64,000 nt of DNA from Dehalococcoidia bacterium (lineage in GTDB: Bacteria > Chloroflexota > Dehalococcoidia > Bin125): assembly GCA_963662615.2 (NCBI GenBank), contig CAXXSR010000001.1:1344001-1408000 (forward strand). The letters are read 5' to 3'. Shown here in pieces: positions 10,317 to 20,144 of the stretch (its first letter is position 1; each line of letters begins with the position of its first letter). The notes under the pieces were generated by a model, which did not search any database, was not told the origin of the DNA, and saw nothing but the letters and a program-made list of their open reading frames with translations. A program made the position numbers and the translations under genes.

Positions 10317-11195
10317 CTAGTCATGCTCGTGAACGCCGTGGTGGACGTGCGGCTCCGCCGTGTAGCCGTGCTCGCCGCGGTGGAAGACCAAGAGATGGCG
10401 GCCGAAGGTGCGCACCAGGACATCCTCGGTGAGCGCCTCCCGAGGCGGCCCGTACGCCAGCATGTGCCGGTTGATGCAGAGGCTGGCCGAGTAGAACTCG
10501 TACACCGACGTGAGGTCATGCGTCGCGACGATCATCGTCTTGCCCTGCCGCGCCAGCTCCACCAGCACCTCCATCAAGTCGTGCTCCACCGCCACGTCCA
10601 GCCCGGCCGCCGGCTCGTCCAGCAGCAGCACTTGTGGATCCTTCACCAGCGTCCGCGCCAGCAGGACGCGACGCTGCTGGCCCAGGCTCAATTCGCCGGT
10701 CTGTCGCGCCGCCAGATGGCCGATCCCCAGGCGCTCCATGGCGCCCTCCACCGCGGGCCGGCTGGCGTCACGAAATCCGCGCAGGCGCGCCCAGCCCCAG
10801 CGCGGTCGGTACAGGCCCATCGCCACCACCTCGCGTACGGTGATGGGAAAGGCCCAGTCCACGCTCTCCACCTGCGGCATGTAGCCAATTCGTCCTCGCG
10901 ACTGTGCGGGCGTGCCGCCCAGCACCTCTACCAGCCCGCGCCACGGCGGCCGCAGGCCGATCAGCGTCTTGATCAGTGTGCTCTTGCCGGACCCATTGGG
11001 ACCCACAAGACCCACGAGTTCACCTTGCCCCACCGCGAACGTGATCCCCTCCAGGGCCACACGCCGCCCATAGCCCGCGGTCAGCCCCTCCACCCGAATC
11101 ACCGGCGCCTGCCTCGCCTGTTGGGTTCGGCTCCCATCGCCGGCGCCCTGAATTGACTGCGGCAAGTGAGACGGACTCTCAATCTGCAATGGCAT
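10317..11195 (-). CDS. Zn/Mn ABC transporter ATP-binding protein (ZnuC-like)
   Basis: GPNGSGKST, LSLGQQRR, LLLDEP, His-rich C-terminus; start may lie nearer 11102. Confidence 0.93.
   Translation of the reverse strand: MPLQIESPSHLPQSIQGAGDGSRTQQARQAPVIRVEGLTAGYGRRVALEGITFAVGQGELVGLVGPNGSGKSTLIKTLIGLRPPWRGLVEVLGGTPAQSRGRIGYMPQVESVDWAFPITVREVVAMGLYRPRWGWARLRGFRDASRPAVEGAMERLGIGHLAARQTGELSLGQQRRVLLARTLVKDPQVLLLDEPAAGLDVAVEHDLMEVLVELARQGKTMIVATHDLTSVYEFYSASLCINRHMLAYGPPREALTEDVLVRTFGRHLLVFHRGEHGYTAEPHVHHGVHEHD
11167..11181. promoter_or_regulatory. candidate Zur/Fur-type operator
   Basis: TGAGACGGACTCTCA, a perfect TGAGA-N5-TCTCA. Confidence 0.45.
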
Positions 11196-12162
11196 GGGCG
11201 TTTGCTCGCATCATCTCTACGTAGGTGGGCGCCGCCTCGGACAGGCTCCCCGAATGCAGGTTGCGGACCTCCGCCTTCGTCTCCCTCGCGATCTGGTCCA
11301 GCACGCTCGCTTGGTGCTGCGGCTCCGCGAAGATCAGCCGAACGTCGAGTTCCCACATCCGTTCAATCGTCGCCGCGACGTCTCGCGCGCTCGGCTCCTC
11401 CTCGGACCCCTCCACGACGAAGCCCTCCACGGTCAACCCGTAGCGCCGCGCAAAGTAGCCGAAGGCGTCATGGAACGTGAAGAGAGAGCGACGCTCCGCC
11501 GGCAGCCCGCTCAGCAGGGCGCGGATTTCGCGGTCCAGGGCGCGCAGCTCGCCGATGTAGGCGTCGGCGCGGGCGGAATACACAGCGCGCGCCGCCGGTC
11601 GCAGCTCGGCCAGTGCGCCCCTAATCCGCTCGACGCTGGCGATAACGAAGTCGATCTCCATCCAGAAGTGCGGATCCACTGCATTGTGCCCGGGCTCGTA
11701 GCGCCCCGCCTCTTCCGTCCCTGAGGCGCGCGCAGCCAGCGGCAGCCCCTCTGCCAGCCGCACCACCATCCCCCTCGCGTTCTCCTCGACGGCGTCCTCG
11801 AACGACGCTTCCAGGCCGGCGCCCCCCAGCACCACCAATTCGGCGTCACGGAGGGCGCGAACATCCCCTGGCGAGAGCGTGAATGTGTGGGCGTCGGCGT
11901 TGGCCGGCGCCAGCGAGCGCACCCGCACGCTGGCGCCTCCCACCTGCTCCACCAGATCGACAAAGATGGTCGTGGAGGCGACGACCGAGACCGGACGCGC
12001 ACCGCCGGCCGCTCCCACCGCGGAGCCCCCGCGCGTCTCTCCCTCGCCGTCCGCCGTCGCAGCCGACCCCGAGCACGCGCTCAGCAGCATGCCCAAAGCG
12101 AGCGCCGCCGCCAGCGGCGGCACCACTTGTCGGCAGCCCCCACGGCCCTTCAGCACCGCCAA
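11179..12162 (-). CDS. Zn/Mn ABC transporter substrate-binding lipoprotein (ZnuA-like)
   Basis: Lipobox LSAC, DAHTF, DPHFW, FHDAFGYF. Confidence 0.93.
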   Translation of the reverse strand: MAVLKGRGGCRQVVPPLAAALALGMLLSACSGSAATADGEGETRGGSAVGAAGGARPVSVVASTTIFVDLVEQVGGASVRVRSLAPANADAHTFTLSPGDVRALRDAELVVLGGAGLEASFEDAVEENARGMVVRLAEGLPLAARASGTEEAGRYEPGHNAVDPHFWMEIDFVIASVERIRGALAELRPAARAVYSARADAYIGELRALDREIRALLSGLPAERRSLFTFHDAFGYFARRYGLTVEGFVVEGSEEEPSARDVAATIERMWELDVRLIFAEPQHQASVLDQIARETKAEVRNLHSGSLSEAAPTYVEMMRANAHAIAD

Positions 12163-12279
12163 CGCCTCCCCCCGTGCGCCGTCCGCATTCGAGTCAACGG
12201 GCCCTCTCAGATCCCCTTGGCCAAACGTCAGCGTGCGCGTGCAAGCGCCTCCTCTGTCGTGCCAGCTGTGGCCATCTAC

Positions 12280-12294
12280 CGATATCTCGTCTCA
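12280..12294. promoter_or_regulatory. candidate Zur/Fur-type operator upstream of the znuA-like gene
   Basis: Minus strand reads TGAGACGAGATATCG. Confidence 0.4.
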
Positions 12295-12381
12295 TTCCTC
12301 TCCGTGAGATTCCTCTCTCCACTGCCAACCTGATCGCTTGTTGATCCGTTATGGTAAGACGGCGTCCCGCGAACGCCCCGC

Positions 12382-12828
12382 TCAGGCCGACTCCGGCTCC
12401 GCCGCATAGCTCCCTGCGTCAACGCGGCACTGGTCGCAGCGCCCGTACGCCTCCAGCCAGTGCCCCTCCAAGCTGAAGCCCAGCGCCGCCACGGCTTCCG
12501 CCAGAAGCCCCTCCACGCCGCAGCCGCTCAAGTCGCGTACCGTTCCGCACGATTTGCAAACCAGATGGTGGTGGTGTCCGCGCCGGCTCCAGTAGTAGCT
12601 CCTGCGTCCGTCATCCATCAGGACCCGGCAGAGCACCCCCTCATCGACGAGCAGCTTGATCGTCCGAAACACGGTCGCGCGGCCGATGCGGGGCAGGTTG
12701 CGGTGAATCTCTTCCGCCGAAAATTGGTCGGGCTGCGTGTAGACGTCGGACAGCACCGACAGTCGCGAGGCCGTCAGGCGATGGCCCTTCGCCTCCAGCT
12801 CGTTGATGATGCGGGCAAGCTCGGACAT
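12382..12828 (-). CDS. Fur family regulator, probably Zur
   Basis: RLTASR, ATVFRT, HHHHLVCxxC, YGRCxxC; adjacent to metal ABC operon. Confidence 0.92.
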   Translation of the reverse strand: MSELARIINELEAKGHRLTASRLSVLSDVYTQPDQFSAEEIHRNLPRIGRATVFRTIKLLVDEGVLCRVLMDDGRRSYYWSRRGHHHHLVCKSCGTVRDLSGCGVEGLLAEAVAALGFSLEGHWLEAYGRCDQCRVDAGSYAAEPESA

Positions 12829-12881
12829 GTTCGGCTATCCCCGTCCCGGCTGCTCCGCCGGCCCGGGCGACAAGCTAATGG

Positions 12882-12902
12882 TGAGACGATGTCTCCGTCA
12901 AC
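12882..12902 (-). promoter_or_regulatory. promoter -35 (TTGACG) with adjoining palindromic operator
   Basis: TGAGACGATGTCTCC (12882-12896) lies directly 3' of TTGACG on the minus strand. Confidence 0.55.
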
Positions 12903-12977
12903 GTCGGCGTACGCACATCGCGGCCACTCGACGCCTCCGCGGCGCTCTCAAGATCCGCCGGAAGATTGAGGTTGGAA

Positions 12978-13913
12978 CTACTGGGCCAGGACCAGGACTG
13001 GGGCGCCGCTCGGCGCCTCGATCTCCAGATCGTCTTCGTGGCCCACGCTGATCACCATGCCCCCGCTCAAGGAATGCTTGAAGTATCCCGAGACCATCCC
13101 CCGCCCTGATTCATCCACGTAGAAGTGGCCCACCTTCTCGGGGCCGTCCGGCGTATCGACCCACATCACGTAGGCGCCCCCGCCCGCCGTCGAGCGGAGC
13201 CCGCTGGCGATCATCACGAACACGCCGCTCTCCGGCTCCCACATCATCTGGGCACTAGCGGTCGGCGCCGCGTTGGTCCCCGTCAGGCTCACCGTCCGCG
13301 TCGACGGAGCCGACAGCGACACCAGCGCCTCCGTCATCCGCATCTCCACCGTCCGCACCAACTCCAGCGTCTCCACCGAACGCGCCTCGGCAACCCCCAG
13401 CGCCTGCACCGTCTCCGTCTGGTCGTCCTCCATCCGCAGCACGGACCCCTCCAACCGGGAGCTGTCCCCCTCCAGGCCGTCCACCTGCGTCTGCAGAGCG
13501 ATGTTCCACGCCAGCAACCCGCCCACCGCCAGCATTCCAAAGGAGGCGGCCACGGTGGCCCATCTACCCAACCCCGGCCACGACCACAGCCGCACCAGGG
13601 CGGCGCGACCCGCTCCTCGCTCGGCGCGCTCGTCCTGCACGGCGGCCGGCGGATCGCCGACCGTCTTGCTGAAGATCCGTTGCCGGAGAGCGGCCCCCGT
13701 CTCTCGCAGTGGCGTCGCCAGCGCCATCACGCCGGCCACCCGGCGGAGCACCCCCACCTCGTCCTCGCACCCGTCACACCCCTCCTCCAGGTGTTCCGCC
13801 ACCAAAGCCGTCTCCTCCGGCTCCAGCGCGTCCAGGACGTAGGCCTCCAGAAGCTGTGAAGCCCGCTCGTGGCGGGATCCGCCGGCGCTGCTCATCGGCG
13901 TCTCGTCGGCCAT
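12978..13913 (-). CDS. anti-sigma factor, RskA-like
   Basis: LLEAYVLDAL...HLEEGCDGC zinc-finger-like N-terminus, one TM, YVMW motif; coupled to ECF sigma. Confidence 0.85.
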   Translation of the reverse strand: MADETPMSSAGGSRHERASQLLEAYVLDALEPEETALVAEHLEEGCDGCEDEVGVLRRVAGVMALATPLRETGAALRQRIFSKTVGDPPAAVQDERAERGAGRAALVRLWSWPGLGRWATVAASFGMLAVGGLLAWNIALQTQVDGLEGDSSRLEGSVLRMEDDQTETVQALGVAEARSVETLELVRTVEMRMTEALVSLSAPSTRTVSLTGTNAAPTASAQMMWEPESGVFVMIASGLRSTAGGGAYVMWVDTPDGPEKVGHFYVDESGRGMVSGYFKHSLSGGMVISVGHEDDLEIEAPSGAPVLVLAQ

Positions 13914-14566
13914 TACTGCCCCCCGGCCTCAGACGCGCGCTTCCCCACGACCGCCGCCGACGCTCCTTCTGGCTTTCCTGGCCCCACCCGACCTTCCAAC
14001 GAGACTCGCAGCTTCTGCATCCCCAGACGGATCCGCGTCTTTACAGTTCCTAACGGTGTTTGCAGCGCCTTCGCGATCTCCGCCTGAGTGAGCCCGTGGT
14101 AGTAGGCCAGCTCAATCGCCCGGCGCTGCTCCGCGGGAATCTCCGCCAGCGCCCGCTGGACCAGCGCCCGCTGGTCCGTCAGCTCCGCCGTGGCCAAGGC
14201 GACCGCCGCCGCCTCGCTGGGCGCGTCTGCGATGACCGAGCTCGACTCATCCGCGCCGCGAAGTTGGCTCTCGTTAAGCGGCCGTCGCCGCCGGGCGCGC
14301 ACCTCGTCGATCGCCCGATTCCGCGTCACGCTCAAGACCCAACCCACGAAACTGCCGCGCTCCTCCACGTAGCGGTCCGGATTACGCCACAGCCGCACGA
14401 AGACGTCCTGCACGACGTCCTCCGCTCCCTGTACGTCCCCAAGCACGCGATACGCGGTTGAAAAGACGACCCGCGAGAAGCGGTAGTAGAGGACCTCGAA
14501 CGCCCCAGCTTCCTTCCGGCCGATCGCACGCAGCAGATCCGGATCGGAGCACTCTTCCCACTTCAC
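13913..14566 (-). CDS. ECF sigma-70 factor (SigK-like)
   Basis: AEDVVQDVF, RNRAID, LAYYHGLTQAEIA...PLGTVKTRIRLG. Confidence 0.94.
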   Translation of the reverse strand: MKWEECSDPDLLRAIGRKEAGAFEVLYYRFSRVVFSTAYRVLGDVQGAEDVVQDVFVRLWRNPDRYVEERGSFVGWVLSVTRNRAIDEVRARRRRPLNESQLRGADESSSVIADAPSEAAAVALATAELTDQRALVQRALAEIPAEQRRAIELAYYHGLTQAEIAKALQTPLGTVKTRIRLGMQKLRVSLEGRVGPGKPEGASAAVVGKRASEAGGQ

Positions 14567-14796
14567 CGCCCAAGCCTACCGGACCCTCGGCCCGGCCGCG
14601 CTCATCTTCCATACGATCGACACGACCATTCGGTTGTGGGTCGCCGCTATACTCGGCCCCTGCCAGCGGGCGCCATCGAGCGCCCTGAGCCTGACCCACG
14701 CCCCCCAGGTGCTGACTGTCAATGAGCTTGGGCTGCACTAGCGGGGCTTGCGTCAGCGGCACACCGGCGACCGGCGGGCCGTTCGTACACAGCAAT

Positions 14797-14988
14797 GCCC
14801 ACCGCCACCGCGACGAGATCATGGCGCTGCCCGGCCTCACCGCCGCGCGAAATGAGCACGTCTTCCTCGTCGACGGCCGCTGGCTCACCTGGTACGGCCC
14901 CCGCATCGTGACCGCCCTGCCCGCACTGGAAGGGATGCTGGACCGGGCCCGGCCTGAGTGGAGGGCGCCCCCGGACGACGGCGCCTAG
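14797..14988 (+). pseudogene. 5'-truncated remnant of a BtuF-like helical-backbone metal receptor
   Basis: AARNEHVFLVDGRWLTWYGPR resembles the family C-terminus; no N-terminal part upstream. Confidence 0.6.
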
Positions 14989-15076
14989 CACCGACGGACC
15001 ACGCATCCGGCCCCGCCGGGAGCGCCACGCTCGCACCCTCGCTCGATTGACGGAGCCCCAATCCGCCGATTGGACC

Positions 15077-15683
15077 TCAGTCCACCCGCTCGCCCTCCAA
15101 CCCGATCGCCCCCGCGATCCCCTGCATCGCCGCGATCACTTCGCCGATGTGGTCGTCCAGATCGACGCCCAGTCCCGCCGCACCGTCCACGATGTCGTCG
15201 CGGTTGACGGCGCGGGCGAACCCCTTGTCCTTCATCTTCTTCCGCACCGACTTGACCGCCACGTCGTGAACCGACTTGCTCGGCCGCACCAGTGCAACGG
15301 CGCTCACGAATCCCACCAGCTCGTCCACCGCGTAGAGCGTGCGCTCCATCGGCCGAGTCCCGTGTCACCCCCGTGGCGGCGTTGTGCGACTCCACGGCGC
15401 GCGCGAGCGCCTCCGGCCAGCCGCGCTGGCGCATGACCCGCGCACCTTCCCGGGCGTGCTCCTCGGGATCCGGGAAGCGCTCATAGTCATAGTCGTGCAG
15501 CATCCCCACGATCCCCCACGCGCCCTCGTCCTCGCCCGCCCGGCCAGCGAAGGCGCGCATCACGCCCTCCACGGCCAGCGCATGTTTCCGCAGCGACTTG
15601 GACTCGGTGAACTCGCAAAGGAGCGCCCACGCGGCATCGCGATCGAACGGTGCGCTCTTTGCGGCCTCGACTCCGCTCGGCAT
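15077..15683 (-). pseudogene. HD-domain hydrolase with a single-base frameshift near 15350
   Basis: LRKHALAVE...LHDYDYE in one frame and MERTLYAVDEL...KKMKDKGFARAVNR in another; GAC TCG G CCG ATG has one extra base. Confidence 0.8.
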
Positions 15684-15713
15684 GACGTCTTCCTCCGCCC
15701 CGGGCTACCCGAC

Positions 15714-16538
15714 TCAGATAGGCCGGGCGCTGTCGAACAGCAGCGCCCTCGCGCCGATCTCGCCCGCCAGCACCGTCGCCGTGACGAGATACAGCAGCCC
15801 CGTCGCCGCCATCATCGATCGGATCCGCGACGACGACCACGCCATCCACCCGAAGACGAAGGGCAGCGCCAGCCCCACCACGATGCGCAGCCAGAAGGTC
15901 ACGTCGTCCGCCAGGGCAATGTCGCGGCCTCCCATCGGCAATTCGTCCACCGGCAGCGCCATCGCCAGCCCCAACAGCACCGCTTGCACGGTCACCACCA
16001 GCAGGAAGAGGAACGTGATCTCGTTCAGCGGTCGCGACGGCAACCGCGGCGTCACCAGGTACCCGTGACCCAGTGTCAGCCCCACGACTGCCAGCCCCAC
16101 CGCCAGGCTGCCGAAGAGCAGGCTCAAAAAGACCAGCCCCATCCCCCAGGCGGGCAGCCGCAGCATGATCGCGATGAGCAGCAGCACGGCCACGGCGAGC
16201 ACCGCCAGAGCGCCGCCCAACAACCGCCCCGCACGAACCCGGTCCGCGCGGATCACGACGTTGTGCACCACGCTGATCGCGGTCATCCCCGCCATCAGCC
16301 CCACGATCGCGTCGCGCGGCCCCGTATCCAGCCGGTAGCCCTCCACCACCTCCCCGTCCAGCGTCAGCGCCACCCACATCGCCAGCCCCAACAGCGGCGG
16401 CAGGAAGATCGTCGTCGCCTTGATGTAGCCGCGCGTCACTTCGCCGCGCATGTCCACGGCCTGCATCACCAGCACGCCACCGAGCCCAATTTCGGCCAGG
16501 ATCAGGAACAGTGTGTAGGGGAGTGCGTCGGATTCCAT
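15714..16538 (-). CDS. polytopic membrane protein of unknown function
   Basis: About 8 TM segments; GHGYLVTPRL and AATGLLYL...GE motifs. Confidence 0.8.
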   Translation of the reverse strand: MESDALPYTLFLILAEIGLGGVLVMQAVDMRGEVTRGYIKATTIFLPPLLGLAMWVALTLDGEVVEGYRLDTGPRDAIVGLMAGMTAISVVHNVVIRADRVRAGRLLGGALAVLAVAVLLLIAIMLRLPAWGMGLVFLSLLFGSLAVGLAVVGLTLGHGYLVTPRLPSRPLNEITFLFLLVVTVQAVLLGLAMALPVDELPMGGRDIALADDVTFWLRIVVGLALPFVFGWMAWSSSRIRSMMAATGLLYLVTATVLAGEIGARALLFDSARPI

Positions 16539-16559
16539 GCGCTTGCCGCCGGCGCGCTG

Positions 16560-17210
16560 TCAGACCGGCGCCGGCGGCGCGGCGACCACGCGACGGCTCA
16601 GCCAGCGCGCCACCGAGCGATAGTCCTCCTCCTGCTGCAACCGTGACCGCCGCCCCAACGTCTGCCCGGAGGGGTGGTACAGCGCCATCAGGTCCCGCCC
16701 CAACCACGGTTCCGCCACCGCCACGTCCTCACCGAACCGCAGCCCGTGCGGCGCAATCCCTGCCGCGGCGAGCAGTGCGACACGGCCCAGCGTCACTACC
16801 AATAACGGGGCCACCAGCTCAACAATCTCCCGCAGGAAACTGTTGCAATTCCGCACCTCGCTCGTCAACGGCGTGCGATTTCCACCCTCCCTGCCGGGTG
16901 GGTGACACAGGACTGCGTTGGTCAGGAAAGCCTGACGCAGGTCCACCCCCGCCTGGGCGCAGTAGGCGCGGAAATTGATGCCCGTCTGATCGCCCCACAA
17001 CGGCACGCCGTACCGAACCCCGCCGCGATAGCCCGGCGCCTCCGCCACGAAGAGCAGCGGCGCCGGAGTCGGTCCGTTCCGGTGTCCCAGCACCGCGCTT
17101 CCCGGCGCCACGCTCCCGCAGCGTCGGCAGCTGCGCGCACGCCGCGATAGCCGCCGCATCGCCGTCGACGGCACCAACGACGCTCCCTCATTTGACCCGC
17201 ACGCGCTCAT
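16560..17210 (-). CDS. uracil-DNA glycosylase, Fe-S type (family 4/5-like)
   Basis: CRRC, FVAEAPG, TNAVLCHPP, NRTP, TLGR, YHPS; alternative start 17159. Confidence 0.9.
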   Translation of the reverse strand: MSACGSNEGASLVPSTAMRRLSRRARSCRRCGSVAPGSAVLGHRNGPTPAPLLFVAEAPGYRGGVRYGVPLWGDQTGINFRAYCAQAGVDLRQAFLTNAVLCHPPGREGGNRTPLTSEVRNCNSFLREIVELVAPLLVVTLGRVALLAAAGIAPHGLRFGEDVAVAEPWLGRDLMALYHPSGQTLGRRSRLQQEEDYRSVARWLSRRVVAAPPAPV

Positions 17211-17416
17211 TTGACCCGCAAAGCCAGGATCGCGCGCTTGAGCCCCTCATCGCCAATCTCTACCTGAACTTGGATCACGCGGAAGCGATCGTGCGCCCCC
17301 CCACGGCTGAATAAGAAGGTATCGCCCTTGCTCCAGCGGTAGTCGGTGTCCAGCGCGTCGATGATCGATAGCCGCTTTTCGGTGAACGCGTCGGACTCCC
17401 AGATCTCGGTCAGCAC
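17207..17416 (-). CDS. hypothetical protein
   Basis: GTG with GAGGGG upstream; stop overlaps the UDG start (ATGA). Confidence 0.6.
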   Translation of the reverse strand: MLTEIWESDAFTEKRLSIIDALDTDYRWSKGDTFLFSRGGAHDRFRVIQVQVEIGDEGLKRAILALRVK

Positions 17417-17511
17417 AGCCCCCCTCGCTTTCCTGCGCCGCCATGCTAGCGCCGCCCGCGCCGGCCCCCGCGCCACACCGTGTGCCACAATGCAGCCAGA
17501 GGGCCAACGCT

Positions 17512-18006
17512 GTGTCCAGTCGCACGGAATGGTTGCTCAAAGCGCTCTACGAGGCTGCCGGCGAGCTGCAGTCGCAACTGCTCGACGTCGGCGAGTCCGT
17601 CGCCTCGCTGCGCCCCCAGCCGGACGACCTCTCCCCCCTGCAACTGGCCGGCAGCATCCGCGATCACGAACTCGTGACCGCCGCCCACCTGCAGCAGATC
17701 ATCTTCGCGCGCGCCACCACCCTCAAACGCCACGACCTTGAGTGGCTTGAGCCCGAGCCCAATTATCACATGCTCTCGCTTGACCGGCTCGCCGCGGAGT
17801 ACATGGCGCTCCGACGGCAAACGTGCGGCCTCCTCTGGAGCCTGACGCCGCGCCAATGGCGGCTCCAGGCCGATCATCCCTTCAAGGGCACGGTGAGCGT
17901 GGAGCAGTTGGCCGTCGCGCTCCATGAGCACGACTTGGAGCACATCTGGCGCACGAAACGCTCGGCCCAGGCGCCGCTCACGCCGCAGCCCGGCGGCGGG
18001 CGCTAG
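17512..18006 (+). CDS. DinB-like family protein
   Basis: Helical pattern with HPFKG...HEHDLEH C-terminal His motif; start uncertain. Confidence 0.75.
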   Translation: MSSRTEWLLKALYEAAGELQSQLLDVGESVASLRPQPDDLSPLQLAGSIRDHELVTAAHLQQIIFARATTLKRHDLEWLEPEPNYHMLSLDRLAAEYMALRRQTCGLLWSLTPRQWRLQADHPFKGTVSVEQLAVALHEHDLEHIWRTKRSAQAPLTPQPGGGR

Positions 18007-18016
18007 GAGAACAAAT

Positions 18017-18040
18017 ACGGCCCGCCGTACGGCGGGCCGT
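18017..18040. terminator. perfect 24-bp palindrome between convergent genes
   Basis: ACGGCCCGCCGTACGGCGGGCCGT. Confidence 0.65.
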
Positions 18041-18073
18041 CCCACGATCTGCCCTCTGCGAGTGACCCGCCGG

Positions 18074-18457
18074 CTAGCAGCAGGAGCGCGCCTGCGATGC
18101 CCCGGAGCTGTCCGCCGTGTCAAACGACGTGCCGCAGGCGCAGCTCTTCACCGCGTTGGGGTTGCTGATGCTGAACCCCTGCTTCATCACGTCGTCCACA
18201 TAGTCCACACGGGCGCCGTTCAGCATGGGCGCGCTCTCCGCGTCCACCAGGAAGCGAACGCCCCCCTGCTCAATGACCGTGTCACCGTCCTCAGGCTCGG
18301 TCGCCAGCGCCATCCCGTACTGGTAGCCGCTACAGCCGCCTCCCACCACGAAAACGCGCAGCGCCCCCTCTTGGACGCCCCGATCCGTCAAGAGGGCGCC
18401 GGCCTTCTCGGCGGCCAGATCCGTAATCTCCAGCAGACTGCTGATTTCCATAGCCAT
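18074..18457 (-). CDS. iscA: A-type Fe-S cluster carrier (IscA/ErpA/HesB)
   Basis: GGGCSGYQY and NPNAVKSCACGTSF. Confidence 0.93.
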   Translation of the reverse strand: MAMEISSLLEITDLAAEKAGALLTDRGVQEGALRVFVVGGGCSGYQYGMALATEPEDGDTVIEQGGVRFLVDAESAPMLNGARVDYVDDVMKQGFSISNPNAVKSCACGTSFDTADSSGASQARSCC

Positions 18458-18696
18458 CGACGTGCTCCTCTACTGCGGCTCGCCCGGACGGGAGCCGCCA
18501 AAGCCGTTGCTGTCGTCGCCCCCTCAGTCTACCGACTTCCGGCTCAGAGCGTCTATCCACGCCGCGCCTTACGCTCTGACCCGTGGACCGCCTCTGGCCC
18601 GCCCCCGCAGCCCTGACACGCCCGGCAGCCTTAACACGATAGCTTTGATAGAGGATCGACGGCTTTCCCTCTGACAACACCATCACCTCGGAGCCA

Positions 18697-18736
18697 AGCC
18701 GGGCCCTTAGCCGGGCCCTTAGCCGGGCCCTTAGCC
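18697..18736. repeat. 12-bp tandem repeat x3.3
   Basis: (AGCCGGGCCCTT)x3 + AGCC. Confidence 0.9.
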
Positions 18737-18837
18737 CCGCCCTCTCCCGCGCGTATCGAGGGGCGAGCAGATGTATGCTGATCCTCACGATGCGTCCATC
18801 GCGCCGCGGCCGCTGAACCGCCCGCACCGGGAAACGC

Positions 18838-20007
18838 ATGTCTGACCGCATCTACCTCGATCACGCCGCCACGACGCCCCTGGACCCGCGGGTCGTCGAG
18901 GCCATGCTGCCCTACTACAACGAGTTCTGGGGCAACCCTTCTGGCATCTATCAGGAGGCGCAGGCCGCTCGCAAGGGGCTCGACGCCGCCCACGAACGGG
19001 TCGCCGCCGTCCTCGAATGCACTCCCAATGAGATCCTCTTCACCTCCGGCGGCACCGAGTCGGATAACGCTGCCATCCGCGGCGTCGCGGCGGCCCGCTC
19101 CCACGCCGGACGGCACATCGTCAGCACCACCATCGAGCACCACGCCGTCCTCCACACCCTGGAGGCGCTGCGAGAGGAGGGCTACGAAGTCACCCTCCTC
19201 CCCGTCGATTCGGAGGGCTTCGTCGACCCGGCCGCCGTGCAGGACGCCGTCCGCGAAGACACCGTCCTGGTCACCATCATGACCGCCAACAATGAGGTCG
19301 GCGCCATTGAGCCCATCCCGGACATCGCCCGCGCCGTCAAGGAGAAGAACCGCAAGACCCTGATCCACACCGACGCCGTTCAGGGCGTCGGCGCCGCCGA
19401 CGTCCGCCCCGACGTCTTGGGCGTGGACCTCCTCTCCCTCACGGCGCACAAGCTCTACGGGCCCAAGGGGATCGGCGCGCTCTTCGTGCGACGCCGCACC
19501 CCCTTCGTGCCTCTCATCGTGGGCGGCAGCCAGGAGCGGGAGCGACGCGCCGGCACCGAGAACGTGGCCGGTGCCGTGGGCCTGGCGACAGCCCTGGACC
19601 TCGCCTACCGCGACTTCGACGCCCGCAACGCCGACTTCCGCTCCCTCCGCGACCAGCTCTGGCGCGACCTCCGCGAGCGCGTCGACCGCGTCGTCCTCAA
19701 CGGCCCCGCGGACATGGACCGGCGGCTGCCCAACAACCTCAGCGTCTGCTTCCCCGGCGTGGAGGGTGAGAGCATCCTCCTCCAGCTTGACCTCGAAGGC
19801 GTCGCCGCCAGCAGCGGCTCCGCCTGCACCACCGGCTCCAGCGAGCCCAGTCACGTCCTCACCGCCATGGGCGTCGACGCCGATCTCGCCCACTCGGCCC
19901 TCCGCCTCACCGTGGGCACCGACAACGACGCCGATCAGCTCGCCCGGGTCAGCCGCCTCCTGCCCGAGATCATCGAACGGCTCCGCGCCCTGTCCCCCGT
20001 CCCCTAG
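18838..20007 (+). CDS. iscS: cysteine desulfurase
   Basis: YLDHAATTP, TSGGTES, TAHKLYGPKG, SSGSAC. Confidence 0.95.
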   Translation: MSDRIYLDHAATTPLDPRVVEAMLPYYNEFWGNPSGIYQEAQAARKGLDAAHERVAAVLECTPNEILFTSGGTESDNAAIRGVAAARSHAGRHIVSTTIEHHAVLHTLEALREEGYEVTLLPVDSEGFVDPAAVQDAVREDTVLVTIMTANNEVGAIEPIPDIARAVKEKNRKTLIHTDAVQGVGAADVRPDVLGVDLLSLTAHKLYGPKGIGALFVRRRTPFVPLIVGGSQERERRAGTENVAGAVGLATALDLAYRDFDARNADFRSLRDQLWRDLRERVDRVVLNGPADMDRRLPNNLSVCFPGVEGESILLQLDLEGVAASSGSACTTGSSEPSHVLTAMGVDADLAHSALRLTVGTDNDADQLARVSRLLPEIIERLRALSPVP

Positions 20008-20144
20008 CCTCCCCAGCCCTCACGGCTCCACGCCCTTTGGCGGCGACGCGCCCCGCTGCTATGATCGTGCCGCGCTTCACAACGTGACCCGTCGCTGAGC
20101 GCCCGGCCGCCGGACTCGGCCCAACGGTCGAAAGGTGTGTCACC

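Noticed and set aside
14570-14800. Cobalamin riboswitch near the BtuF-like fragment
   Set aside because: No recognizable B12-box or conserved core seen by eye
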